Assembly: GCF_022483985.1 (NCBI RefSeq)
Contig: NZ_JAKVME010000003.1
Coordinates: 9,442 to 73,441 of the forward strand
Direction of reading: 5' to 3'
Origin: Acetobacter sp.
Lineage (GTDB): Bacteria > Pseudomonadota > Alphaproteobacteria > Acetobacterales > Acetobacteraceae
Length of the DNA stretch: 64,000 nt
Shown: positions 11,601 through 20,657 of the stretch, in pieces
How positions within the stretch are numbered: the stretch's first letter is position 1
How the letters are laid out: every line of letters begins with the position of its first letter
The notes under the pieces: generated by a model
Told to the model about the DNA's origin: nothing
Databases searched by the model: none
What the model saw: the letters and a program-made list of their open reading frames with translations, nothing else
Made by a program: the position numbers and the translations under genes

Positions 11601-12001
11601 CCGCCAATGGTGAGTATGACACGGGCGACATCGTTTCGGTCGGGACAGATGGTCATGTCACCATCGTCGGACGAGCTTCACGTATTGCCAAACCGGGTGG
11701 TGAGATGGTGTCTCTTGCCGCTGTTGAAGATCTTGCCATGCGGGCCTGGCCGGAGGCGCTGTCAGTGGCGGTCTCTATTCCCGATCCGCGCAAGGGAGAA
11801 CGGATCATCCTTTTGACCGAACAGTCCGACGCCGGACGGTCAGCCTTTGTAAACGTGGCGAGGGAGAGCGGCGCCGCGGATATCATGATTCCGGCGGAAA
11901 TCCGGATCGTCCGGAAACTTCCTCTTCTTGGTTCGGGGAAACCTGACTTTGTCGCCGCGCAGGCTCTGGTGACCATGCCGGAAGCTGCAATACTCCAATG
12001 A
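8618..12001 (+). CDS. aas: fusion protein: MFS lysophospholipid transporter (LplT-like) + PlsC-type acyltransferase + acyl-ACP synthetase (Aas-like)
   Basis: The N-terminal ~400 aa are a multi-TM MFS domain. The middle has the NHVSWLDA (HxxxxD) and FPEGRIT acyltransferase motifs. The C-terminus has the AMP-binding motifs FTSGSSGTPKGV, GYGVTE and TGD. Confidence 0.85.
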   Translation: MTASLLTQRRFLPLFISLFASSLGDTLLRNALAALVLWTVSNGAPWIVAFAAAAFVLPAAFLSGLGGELADRMDKSRLIRILKLIEIPIAFLAAAGLMTENVPLVLGALAAFGVVASLFAPVKYGILPDHIEAERLPVANALVEGAVFAAILIGSVVGTVLTGKIGATEAGVCIVGLACLSWLSARTIPASPAAAPELRVQWNILTSGLTLLRELRADRRSWYAALVAAWFWIMGVTMLSLLSPVTRDVLKLTPTWNAVFLALFAVGIATGSALAAFLCGGRAILLPVSFGASLSGLAMVALGFFLLHPESLPFVIVPVCFFVAALGGGLIAVPTQAAIQTWANPQHRARVVAGMNMLAAIGMTIASLLLSFTQRIDGESAAHGSEIMPFFVIGVITLLLVPVFARTLTRNQVGELLWCLFRVAYRVEVQGEEHYPLSGEKAVITPNHVSWLDAALIVAIAPCKPTFAIDLNISRLWWVRTLLRFVPTVAVESGNPFGIRTMAQVVEDGAALVIFPEGRITVTGSLMGIQSGAASIADRADAPVVAMRIQGAERSSFSRLTRAQTPKALFPKIRVTLFPPRKLAVADDLFGRARRHALTASLRDMMEEAVYLTTPSDGTILQAAGRAARTYGMKRVAIEDPISGAMTWRKLLTASEVLGEALSGRLDPAHPVGLLLPTSNATAVCLFGLWSRGFTPALLNATAGAAGLRAALLSAGITTIVTSRAFVEKARLGAVLEALDPMPDILFLEDVRKSIGLAQKLRGALRARFAPAKAHVRREAHDPAVVLFTSGSSGTPKGVVLTHRNILANIAQVTGRIGFSPADRVLCTLPLFHAFGLTGSFLLPLLSGIPTFLYPSPLHYAVIPKIAYFWNATVLFGTSTFLRGYARKAAPTDFRSVRLVVAGAERVQQSVRELWMEQFGLRIFEGYGVTECSPVVALNTPDSSRSGTVGRLVPGMTAMLETVDGMPDAGRLILSGPNVMAGYLLTSQPGVLQPPANGEYDTGDIVSVGTDGHVTIVGRASRIAKPGGEMVSLAAVEDLAMRAWPEALSVAVSIPDPRKGERIILLTEQSDAGRSAFVNVARESGAADIMIPAEIRIVRKLPLLGSGKPDFVAAQALVTMPEAAILQ

Positions 12002-12802
12002 ACACGGCATGCACAAAACGATTTACATGAGCCCGATCAAGTAACTTGAGAAAAACGCCATTCAGGCTGAATGAAGCGCACAATATCTGATTCACTTCCC
12101 TGAACGGTATGTTGAGCCTGCCGTTTATCCAGAAAACTCCTGATTTGCGACAAGAGTCCGAAGTAATCTGGGCAGAATGTGTATCTTGTCAGTTTTATGA
12201 ATTGATAGGATTTCAAAGAAAGAATCAGAAGTTTCTTTGAAAATTTCAGCAATTGAAACGATATCGACATCATGGGGCCGATGTCGTTTTCAGTCTCGGC
12301 CCTTCCCGGAATATCTGGAACTGCCTTATGAGCATGCTGTTTCAGATGGTCCATAAGCCACGCGATTACGAAACTTCTGTTTCGTTCACTCTCGTCTCTA
12401 CAGAATTATAAGCCTTCGTCGAAAAGACCAGAGGTCCACACCGGTACCGTCCTGTCAACTCTGAGATGGATATTACTCGGGTCAGAGGAACAGGATCAAA
12501 AAAAACGGACCATCAAGCATTTTTTGCAAAACAGTTCGACCATTCCATGTGTCTACAAAATAAAACACATCCTAAATGAAGCGACCTTTCACTGACCTTA
12601 AAACGTCATTAAAAATCGATTGAGTATTGTTAAAAATAGTCCCTAAAAGGCGCCAAGGACGACTTGGAGAAATGATCACTCAAACAGATTGAATGCATGT
12701 ATTTACAGTTTTATTGCATTTTTTTGAATGATTTATTTCCGTGACTCCTGTCGATTCAACAAGCAGCGATGCTTTACCCGGACTTGAGGTTCTTCTTCCA
12801 TC

Positions 12803-15169
12803 ATGACGATCAACCTATCAAAGCGGAATTTCCTGCGCTCTTCGCTCGGCTCGGCTGCTGCCATGGCGACCCTTTCCACCTTCCCGCCTGCCATCCGTCG
12901 TGCGCTCGCCATTGATGCGCACAACAGAACAGGTACCATTCAAGACGTGAAGCACGTCGTTATGCTGATGCTGGAAAACCGATCCTTCGACAGTTACTTC
13001 GGCACGTTCAAAGGTGTGCGCGGGTACGGTGACCGTTTCCCCATCCCCACATCCAACGGCGCCAACATCTTTTATCAGAACTATACGAAGAGCAGCGTCA
13101 CCAGCACACTGATTCCGTACCACCTTGACGAGACAAAAGGTAACGCCCTGCGTGCCGGCAGTACGCCGCATACATGGTCTGACGCTCAGGCGGCGTGGGA
13201 TAATGGCCGCATGAGTTCCTGGCCGACGGCCAAGACACCGCTGTCGATGGGTTATTACGAGACATCGGAAGTGCCTTTCCATCGTGCGCTCGCCGACGCC
13301 TTCACACTCTGCGATTCGTATCACTGCGGTATGCACACAGGGACAATCGCAAATCGTCTGTTCTACTGGACGGGCACCAACGGTCCGAACGGCGTCAGCC
13401 CCACGGATGGCAGCCGTGTCAATGTTGCTGCGCTGAACAACCAGTTCAACGGCGGTAATGACATCGGTGCATCGACAACGGGCTGGACCTGGACCACCTA
13501 TGCAGACCGTCTGGAATCAGCCGGTGTCAGCTGGAAGGTTTACCAGAGCCTGATCGACAATTTCGGCTGCAACGAGATGATGGGTTTCCGTCACTGGCGC
13601 GCCGCCATCGAAAAAATGCCGGAGGAAAGACGCCCTCTGTATGTCGCTTCCGAAGATATCAAGCAGGATGTGACAGCCGCCGGTCCGTTCTACGACGCCA
13701 GCATTGACGATGCGATCAGCCCGCTCGCCAAGGGCTTTGGCAATACCATGCCATACGGCTTTCTTGAGACGTTCCGTGAGGATATCCAGAGCAACACACT
13801 ACCTGAAGTGTCATGGATCATTCCGCCGTCAGCCTATAGCGAGCATCCGTCTCCTTCCAGCCCGACACAGGGTGGCTGGTATATTCAGGAAGTGCTCGAC
13901 GCCCTCACATCCAATCCGGAAGTCTGGAGCAAGACCGTTCTGCTCGTGAACTACGATGAGAATGACGGCTTCTTTGATCACCTGCCCCCTCCGTCAGCTC
14001 CTTCTCATAATACCGACGGCACGCTCGCCGGCGGTAGCACGCTCAGTGATGAATCCATGGCCGTGGAGTATCACAACTATACGCCCGCCACATCCAGCCA
14101 GCCTGCGATCGACGGTCGTCCCTACGGACCCGGTCCACGTGTTGCTCTGTGGGCGATCTCTCCTTGGAGCCGCGGCGGTTTTGTCAACTCACAGGTCTTT
14201 GACCATACTTCGACACTGATGTTCCTTGAAGCGAGGTTCGGTGTAATCGAGCCTCAGATCAGCGACTATCGTCGTGCAATCTGTGGTGATCTGACCTCAT
14301 GCTTTGACTTCGTGAACCCGAACAGACGCACAATCCCGACGCTGTCCGGCCGCAGCACCAAGGATGATGCCGACAGTCTGGCTGTCGCCCAGAAGGCTGA
14401 AGCGGCTATTGCTGTCCCTGCCGCCACGACGACCTCCACATTGCCGAAACAGGCGACGGGTTCCCGTCCATCACGCGCCCTTCCTTACGAGCTGCACGTC
14501 TCGTCACATGTTGACGTAAGCGGAGGCACGGTCACACTTCGCTTCACCAACACAAGCTGTGACGGCGCCGGTGCGGTTTTCCACGTCTATGACCGCAATC
14601 ATCTTGATCTGGTGCCGCGACGTTATGTGGTGGAAGCACAGAAAGCTCTCAACGGTGTCTGGACGCCCACGGCGGACGACAAGGGGAACTACAACCTCTG
14701 GCTGATCGGCCCTAACGGTTTCCATCGTGAGTTCACTGGCAATATCACTGAACTGGGCAAAACCAGTCACCCAGAGGTCGAAGTTGCCTATAAAACCCGC
14801 GGCAGAGCCGAAATCCTTGTGAAACTCCACAATCACGGTCATCATGCCTGTTCTTTTCAGGTAGAATCAGAAGCCTACAGGGTCGATGGTCCAAATGGCG
14901 TACGGGTTGCACCGGGTGGCTCCAGCGAACTGCGGTGGCCGGTTGAAGAGAACGGCAACTGGTATGACTTCACGATCACAAGCAGTGCGTCCGCATCCTT
15001 CAAGCGTCGCATTGCCGGTCGTATCGAAACCGGAGAGGACTCCATCTCCGATCCTGCCATGGGAGGAGGTCACGCAGGCCATCGTCCACAGCCACCTCAT
15101 CACCACCATGAAGATATGTGGCCTGATTTCAGGGAAGAAGACCCCATGATGGGCCGCCACAGGTTCTGA
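12803..15169 (+). CDS. phosphocholine-specific (non-haemolytic) phospholipase C, Tat-exported
   Basis: Twin-arginine-type signal SKRNFLRSSLGSAAAMA..ALA. Phosphoesterase motifs MLENRSFDSYFG and YDENDGFFDH. Duplicated C-terminal DUF756-like region. Confidence 0.85.
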   Translation: MTINLSKRNFLRSSLGSAAAMATLSTFPPAIRRALAIDAHNRTGTIQDVKHVVMLMLENRSFDSYFGTFKGVRGYGDRFPIPTSNGANIFYQNYTKSSVTSTLIPYHLDETKGNALRAGSTPHTWSDAQAAWDNGRMSSWPTAKTPLSMGYYETSEVPFHRALADAFTLCDSYHCGMHTGTIANRLFYWTGTNGPNGVSPTDGSRVNVAALNNQFNGGNDIGASTTGWTWTTYADRLESAGVSWKVYQSLIDNFGCNEMMGFRHWRAAIEKMPEERRPLYVASEDIKQDVTAAGPFYDASIDDAISPLAKGFGNTMPYGFLETFREDIQSNTLPEVSWIIPPSAYSEHPSPSSPTQGGWYIQEVLDALTSNPEVWSKTVLLVNYDENDGFFDHLPPPSAPSHNTDGTLAGGSTLSDESMAVEYHNYTPATSSQPAIDGRPYGPGPRVALWAISPWSRGGFVNSQVFDHTSTLMFLEARFGVIEPQISDYRRAICGDLTSCFDFVNPNRRTIPTLSGRSTKDDADSLAVAQKAEAAIAVPAATTTSTLPKQATGSRPSRALPYELHVSSHVDVSGGTVTLRFTNTSCDGAGAVFHVYDRNHLDLVPRRYVVEAQKALNGVWTPTADDKGNYNLWLIGPNGFHREFTGNITELGKTSHPEVEVAYKTRGRAEILVKLHNHGHHACSFQVESEAYRVDGPNGVRVAPGGSSELRWPVEENGNWYDFTITSSASASFKRRIAGRIETGEDSISDPAMGGGHAGHRPQPPHHHHEDMWPDFREEDPMMGRHRF

Positions 15170-15181
15170 TTGCCGTATCCT

Positions 15182-15207
15182 GATGAAGGAGCTCTGCTGC
15201 CTTCATC
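15182..15207 (+). terminator. possible terminator hairpin after the phospholipase C gene
   Basis: gatgaagg (15182-15189) pairs with ccttcatc (15200-15207). The following tract (ggtaatttta) is only weakly T-rich. Confidence 0.4.
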
Positions 15208-15844
15208 GGTAATTTTAAGACTGGTCATGATACAGAGGGCGGCATCGATCCTGTTGGACGATGCCGCTTTTCATTTCAATCCCGGCAAAACTTCTTTCAG
15301 GTGGTGTATTGTACCACATAAATCTCGCACTTGCTGTTGCGCTGGCTCTACATTTTATCTGCATTTTGATGTGATGTTGAACTTCTCCTGCAACGCAAAT
15401 TCAGAAGAAAATCATCATATTATTCCTATAAAAATCACTTCTAATAGAAATCTACACATCCCGAAACAGGAGAGCAGTTCCCGCTCCAGGAACGCCCTGG
15501 AATTGAAGTAAGAGCCAAAAATAGAAAATAAATTAATTGAAAATGCATAACAAACTCTTGTTTTTTAAAAAAGTCAGTCCACCATCACGACTGTACATGT
15601 GTACCGCAGGCATAGCGTAAACGGCACGCCTGAACTATCCCGCCCTACCGTTTGCTCGCACCTTCGATCAGCACGGTGCGAGCACAATTGCGCCACTTCA
15701 GCCAGAAAAACATTGATCAGCATGATTTCATCCATCGTCACGTTATTCACAATTTTAGTGTTATTCTTTTCCATAACAAAAAATTGTGCATTTAATGGAT
15801 TAATTAGAGCATCCATATCCGTCATTTATTTCAAAAATTTTTAA

Positions 15845-17233
15845 TTACTTCTTTAAAGAACAAGAGCGGAGCCTGTTAAGATGAACAAACCTTACAGTTT
15901 GCAGGCAGGCGGAGCAAAACACACCGATACAGATACCAGCCCACACACCCAGCACAGGCTGAGGAGTTAGACGTGCGAGTATCATCGCAAACACAAATCC
16001 CACAATCCAGTAGCTTGCAACGGCCATAAGCATTGGAATTTTCATATCCAACTGCCCTCTGAGCGCACCGGAGGAAGCGGCTTGGAGAGCATCGAAGACC
16101 ACAATCCCGCACACGGCAATAAACATACCATATAAACTGCCGCCAAAGCTGGCAGCAAGCTCACCTGTATCCACAATACTGACCTTGTAGATGGCATCAT
16201 GAAACAGCATGATAAGTGCAACCTCTGCAAACGCGACAAGCAGGATGAATGTCACTGCGACACGATGAACCAGACGGATGCGCGCAGCCTCACCTTTGCC
16301 ATGGAAATACGCAACGCGCACCGATACAGCCTGGCTCATAGCCAGAGAGGGCATAAAAGTCAGAAGTTCTATGGATTGGCAGAGTTGATGCACGCTCATC
16401 TGAGTCACGCCTGATGCCCCGACAAACATTGCCAGCATAGTATTAGCGCTCATTTCAGAGGCCACACCAAGCCCGACAGGCCATCCGGCTGACAAAATCG
16501 CCAAACAGTCCGCGAAGACGATATGTTTATTAGAGTCAGACAACGTTCTTTTAAGAACAGACAGAATATCGAGAGAAAGAAATGAAATAATAGCCACCAC
16601 GGTCCAGGAAAGAGAGAATATCACTCCCATCAGCATCAGAAGATTCTGCTCTGTTACACTCCGGAAAAACATCACTACCACTGCGGCGCACACGCCGTAA
16701 AAAAAAACACCACACCCTACCGCTTTGAGAATGGAAGCAGCTTTTCTCGATGCCGAAGCATAGGACCTCATAACTGAAAAAAAAACCATGCCTGGCGTGG
16801 CAAAAACCGCACTACTCATATACAGTAGCGCACCCTGTCCCATCGTCGCCTCAAACACATAAGCACGACAGAAAAGAATAATCAGGATCAGCAGAATCAA
16901 TAGAAAAACAGACAGAATCAGTGCTATAATGCATGCGCAACCCACAAAACGCTCTGCAACACGATCCCCCCTCCCCTGAGCCTGTCCGAAGAGAGACTGA
17001 AAAGAAGAAATTGCTGACTGAACTATGACAACGCCAGTCTGAATCAATATATTGCAGATACCGCCAGACGCCAGAGCTTCAACTCCAATTCCACCCAAGG
17101 CAAGATTGGAGCACACTGTGATGCTCACTTGCATCAACTGAGCCAGAGAAAGCGGGAAAAATATTCTCGAACTCTCTTTCGATTCTTCAAGAATAAAATA
17201 TTTGTTTTTCAAAGATCTTACCGCCGATGCCAT
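15845..17233 (-). CDS. MATE-family efflux transporter
   Basis: 462 aa and about 12 TM. The layout is MATE-like (FPLSLAQLMQ.. N-terminus, GALRGQLDMKIP in the second half). Last gene of the AT-rich one-strand block. Confidence 0.7.
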   Translation of the reverse strand: MASAVRSLKNKYFILEESKESSRIFFPLSLAQLMQVSITVCSNLALGGIGVEALASGGICNILIQTGVVIVQSAISSFQSLFGQAQGRGDRVAERFVGCACIIALILSVFLLILLILIILFCRAYVFEATMGQGALLYMSSAVFATPGMVFFSVMRSYASASRKAASILKAVGCGVFFYGVCAAVVVMFFRSVTEQNLLMLMGVIFSLSWTVVAIISFLSLDILSVLKRTLSDSNKHIVFADCLAILSAGWPVGLGVASEMSANTMLAMFVGASGVTQMSVHQLCQSIELLTFMPSLAMSQAVSVRVAYFHGKGEAARIRLVHRVAVTFILLVAFAEVALIMLFHDAIYKVSIVDTGELAASFGGSLYGMFIAVCGIVVFDALQAASSGALRGQLDMKIPMLMAVASYWIVGFVFAMILARLTPQPVLGVWAGICIGVFCSACLQTVRFVHLNRLRSCSLKK

Positions 17234-17250
17234 CTATTATCACACATCCA

Positions 17251-17895
17251 TCACGCCCCGTGCCCAATCACGGAAAAAGCCGCCATGACATCCTGAGCGT
17301 TCCTGCGCGCACCAGCCTGTAGATATTCCATAGCAGACAGAGCCGCCTCATGTGCACGATAGCTGGAACCGGCAACACAATCTTCAACAACACGGCAGTA
17401 ATAATCCATCTGGTGCGCATCAACAAAACTGTAATGGACGCAAACGTCTGTAAAGCCCCCGACCATGACAAGCGTCTGAACTCGCAACCCCTTGAGCAGG
17501 ATCTCCATATCCGTGCCAAAAAAAACAGAATAGCGCCTCTTTGTAATCCGGTAATCATCCGCTAACATACCTAATTCTTCCACAGCAAATTCAGTAACTA
17601 AATCACCTTCAAGACAATGAATATTTTCAGAACCATCCAACTCACGACCAAAATCGATCAGATTACTACGATGAGCCTCCTGAACGAAAATGACAGGAAT
17701 ATCTGCTACACGGGCAGCGTCCACCATTTTTCTGGCCCGCGTATAACGCTCTACGGCATCTGACATGAACTCAAGACGAGAGCTCGCAGGACGTGGAGCA
17801 AAGCAGCCTTTTTGAATATCTATGACAACCAGAGCTGGACGACCAACAATCATTGGTTGGGCCGTAATCTGTTTTGCTGCGCTCATGCAATGCAC
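17251..17895 (-). CDS. isochorismatase-family cysteine hydrolase (amidase-like), paralog 1
   Basis: LVVIDIQKG.., KRRYSVFFGTDMEILLK and the GGFTDVCVHYSFVDA catalytic-Cys motif. By eye roughly 60 percent identical to ORF 22353..22988. Confidence 0.8.
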   Translation of the reverse strand: MHCMSAAKQITAQPMIVGRPALVVIDIQKGCFAPRPASSRLEFMSDAVERYTRARKMVDAARVADIPVIFVQEAHRSNLIDFGRELDGSENIHCLEGDLVTEFAVEELGMLADDYRITKRRYSVFFGTDMEILLKGLRVQTLVMVGGFTDVCVHYSFVDAHQMDYYCRVVEDCVAGSSYRAHEAALSAMEYLQAGARRNAQDVMAAFSVIGHGA

Positions 17896-18030
17896 TCCTC
17901 TAAAAAGAATAAGAGTATTTATTCCTCTTTCTCTTTCAATATCAAATGAGACAAATAAACTTGCCTGATATAGTAGATGTATGCCGGACGGTAGTTTACC
18001 GGAGCGAGCTACGCTACGTGAACTCTGTAT

Positions 18031-19311
18031 TCAACCAAGCGTGGGATTTAATCTCTGAGCTTCATCCATGTCCTGTTTGATATGTTTACAAGACAAAATC
18101 AGAAGCACGCCTGCTGGCAGGATGGCCACAAGCATGGAAAGAAATGCCGCTTGCAGAGGGTCTCTCATTCCCATACCTTTGTACAGATCACTCATCACTC
18201 CCACGAGGTAGTTCCCGCCCCCGGCTCCGATCACACTCATGCTGACAAGGATGACCGTAGCCCCCAGAGCCCTCTGGGCGGGTGGCAGAACCTCTTGTGA
18301 AAGGGAAAGCACTGGGGAAAGATACGCCCCAATACCAAAAATGACAAAAGCATAGAAAAGATACGATACAGCCCCTGTAGTCTGAAAAAATGCGAGCATG
18401 GATACATTCACAAGCACACATGCGACGAGAGGAATCAGACCGTAAGCCCGCCTGTCCTTTTTGACAAAATAGTCACAGAGAACACCAGCCATAATCGTAC
18501 CGGATATTCCGCCAATTCCTTCAACAAGGCCACTGATATTACCTGCCTGCTCAACAGTTAGTTCCCGACTGCGGATAAGATACGCCGGACACCAACTCTC
18601 AAATCCGGAACTCGCCATCACAAGCAGGGTATAAGCCATACCGGTCATCCAGTAACTTTTTCGAATCACCAGAAGTTGCAGTCCCTCTGCAAATGAAGTC
18701 TGGGGCACCTGAATATCCACGAGCGCTGGAGAAGTCTCTCGAATAATGAACCAGGCTCCCAGCGCAAGAACAAGACCTGGCGCACCAAGTATAAACAGTG
18801 CATATCGCCAGCCCAACCAAGGAACCAGCATGCCACCAGCACTCAGACCAATCCATATACCCAGAGAAATACCGCTATTATAGACCGAAATGGCACGTGC
18901 ACGGTACCGGTCTGGAAAATAGCGTGAAATGATATAATAACAGACCGGACTGCTGCCCCCTTCAAAAAAAGCGACTGCCAGCCTCGAAAATGCAAAGGAC
19001 CACAGGCCAGATGCTATTCCCCCCATCAGGGTAAACAAGCCCGCGCCCAGAGAGACCACCGCCAGCAGACGACCTGAGGGCACCTTGTTAACCAGATAGG
19101 AAAATAGGAAACCCGAAAGCGAATAGACCAGAGAAAAGAGCGCCCCATTGATCAGCCCGACATGATGATCTGTAATATTCAGATCTTTTTCGATTGGATC
19201 AATGAGAATGGAAATACTGAACCGATCTACCCATTCAAAGCTGAAAATGCACAACATGATCGCAAGGTAAATCAGCATTCTTTGCTTACCGATTTTTTCC
19301 ATGACTCGCAT
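18031..19311 (-). CDS. MFS transporter
   Basis: 426 aa and 12 predicted TM, with MFS loop motifs (RLAVAFFEGGSSP, DRYRARA). Confidence 0.8.
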   Translation of the reverse strand: MRVMEKIGKQRMLIYLAIMLCIFSFEWVDRFSISILIDPIEKDLNITDHHVGLINGALFSLVYSLSGFLFSYLVNKVPSGRLLAVVSLGAGLFTLMGGIASGLWSFAFSRLAVAFFEGGSSPVCYYIISRYFPDRYRARAISVYNSGISLGIWIGLSAGGMLVPWLGWRYALFILGAPGLVLALGAWFIIRETSPALVDIQVPQTSFAEGLQLLVIRKSYWMTGMAYTLLVMASSGFESWCPAYLIRSRELTVEQAGNISGLVEGIGGISGTIMAGVLCDYFVKKDRRAYGLIPLVACVLVNVSMLAFFQTTGAVSYLFYAFVIFGIGAYLSPVLSLSQEVLPPAQRALGATVILVSMSVIGAGGGNYLVGVMSDLYKGMGMRDPLQAAFLSMLVAILPAGVLLILSCKHIKQDMDEAQRLNPTLG

Positions 19312-19346
19312 TCTAGCCTTGTATTAAAAGACTGATCGTCTGTAGA

Positions 19347-20651
19347 TCAATAATTGAACGGAACATGCGGATCTGGCTCCTGTATCGGACCAGGAATATG
19401 GAGTAAGTGACAGTTTGAAACCGGCTTTCTGCCTTCCCGCAATGCGGTCACAAACCTCAGCTCATCGGGGAATGCCGCATTAACCGTTCCGCTGTGCGTC
19501 AGATCCGGATAATAGTGCCATTCCACTTTGTCCTGAGCCGAACACATGGCTGCAACCACGTTATATTGCGGGATAGTTCCTGCTTCCGCATCAGCAAGGC
19601 CTGTCGCTGTAAAAACAGGAGCACTCTGGTAGGCATCCGGCAACATTCTGGCCTGCTGGGCCAGAGTTTCATAATGAGTGATAGCTGGATAGTAGATATC
19701 ATCTGCCTTCATGTGGTGGTTGCGGGCATAGCCCATCAGGTCATGGAGGCAGGCATGAGAAGCCAGAGCTATGATCTCATGTCCCTTCTCCCTGATCAGG
19801 GAAAAGAGACCGGGATAACCCAACCCTTGCAGACTGCCCAGAAAGTAGAGGGTGGAATAGGCGGCATCAACGTCCTCTCCCCCTTGATACGCTCCTTCAG
19901 GAAGCGCCGGAGCATTGTGTCTGTCTCTGATATCAAGCACGAGCCCACTGGCGATCACACCCACAATATGCAGGTCCGGCGCAGCGGAGGGTGCAAGATA
20001 GGCTGCTCCCAGAGCAGCGCCAGAACCTTGGGATTGTCCCGCCAGCACAACACTGTTTGCAAGCTCATGCGGGTAGGCCTTGAGCACAGCACGAACACCA
20101 TCGAGAATGCTGTACCCTTCCGGTCTGTAAAGTAGATACGGGTGCACACCCGGCGTACCCAGCCCCTGATAATCTGTACCAAAGACAGCAAAGCCGTGGT
20201 CAAGCCACTGCTTGAAATACGCCATGTCCCTAGGGGACGAGCCACGCCAGGAAGGCGCACATACATCCGCAACTCCCGTTGTGCCGTGTGCCCACGCTAC
20301 AACGGGCCAGCCACCCGTCGGCGGCTTTCCGGTCGGGACATACAAGACACCCGAAACCGCTGTTGCCTGCCCTTCTCGTAGACCATCGCGGGCAGAATAC
20401 AGCAAACGGTAAGCCTGATACCCGGACTCTGCCACTGGGTACGGTTCCTGTCGCAGGACTATGCCATTCGCCGCGGGCAGAGGTGCATCCCATTTGTAAA
20501 ATGCTGATACACCACCATCACCGGATGGCAGTACCTGTGCCGCCATGACCTGATTATTCCAAAGCGTTGCAGCCACACCTCCGGACACACAGGCTTTCAA
20601 CATACGAGCACTGTGCCATAATGCTCTTTTGATATTTCTTTTCATTTTCAT
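19347..20651 (-). CDS. secreted LIP-family lipase / alpha-beta hydrolase
   Basis: N-terminal signal peptide ending NNQVMAA. AWAHGTTGVADVCAPS and a GQSQG nucleophile elbow, as I recall them for the secretory lipase (LIP) family. Confidence 0.65.
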   Translation of the reverse strand: MKMKRNIKRALWHSARMLKACVSGGVAATLWNNQVMAAQVLPSGDGGVSAFYKWDAPLPAANGIVLRQEPYPVAESGYQAYRLLYSARDGLREGQATAVSGVLYVPTGKPPTGGWPVVAWAHGTTGVADVCAPSWRGSSPRDMAYFKQWLDHGFAVFGTDYQGLGTPGVHPYLLYRPEGYSILDGVRAVLKAYPHELANSVVLAGQSQGSGAALGAAYLAPSAAPDLHIVGVIASGLVLDIRDRHNAPALPEGAYQGGEDVDAAYSTLYFLGSLQGLGYPGLFSLIREKGHEIIALASHACLHDLMGYARNHHMKADDIYYPAITHYETLAQQARMLPDAYQSAPVFTATGLADAEAGTIPQYNVVAAMCSAQDKVEWHYYPDLTHSGTVNAAFPDELRFVTALREGRKPVSNCHLLHIPGPIQEPDPHVPFNY

Positions 20652-20657
20652 CTTGTT

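Noticed and set aside
12002-12802. 800-bp AT-rich region upstream of the phospholipase C gene, checked for a Pho box, small genes (ORF 12037..12354) and repeats
   Set aside because: No convincing direct-repeat Pho box (CTGTCAT-type) is present. The 105-aa ORF has no features of a real protein. Nothing is supportable beyond a long promoter region.
15653-15684. Perfect 10-bp GC-rich hairpin (tgctcgcacc / ggtgcgagca) in the AT-rich spacer downstream of the MATE gene
   Set aside because: No U-run follows on either strand and I saw no second copy in the window. It could be a transcript-stabilising stem, but there is not enough evidence to call it a terminator or a repeat family.
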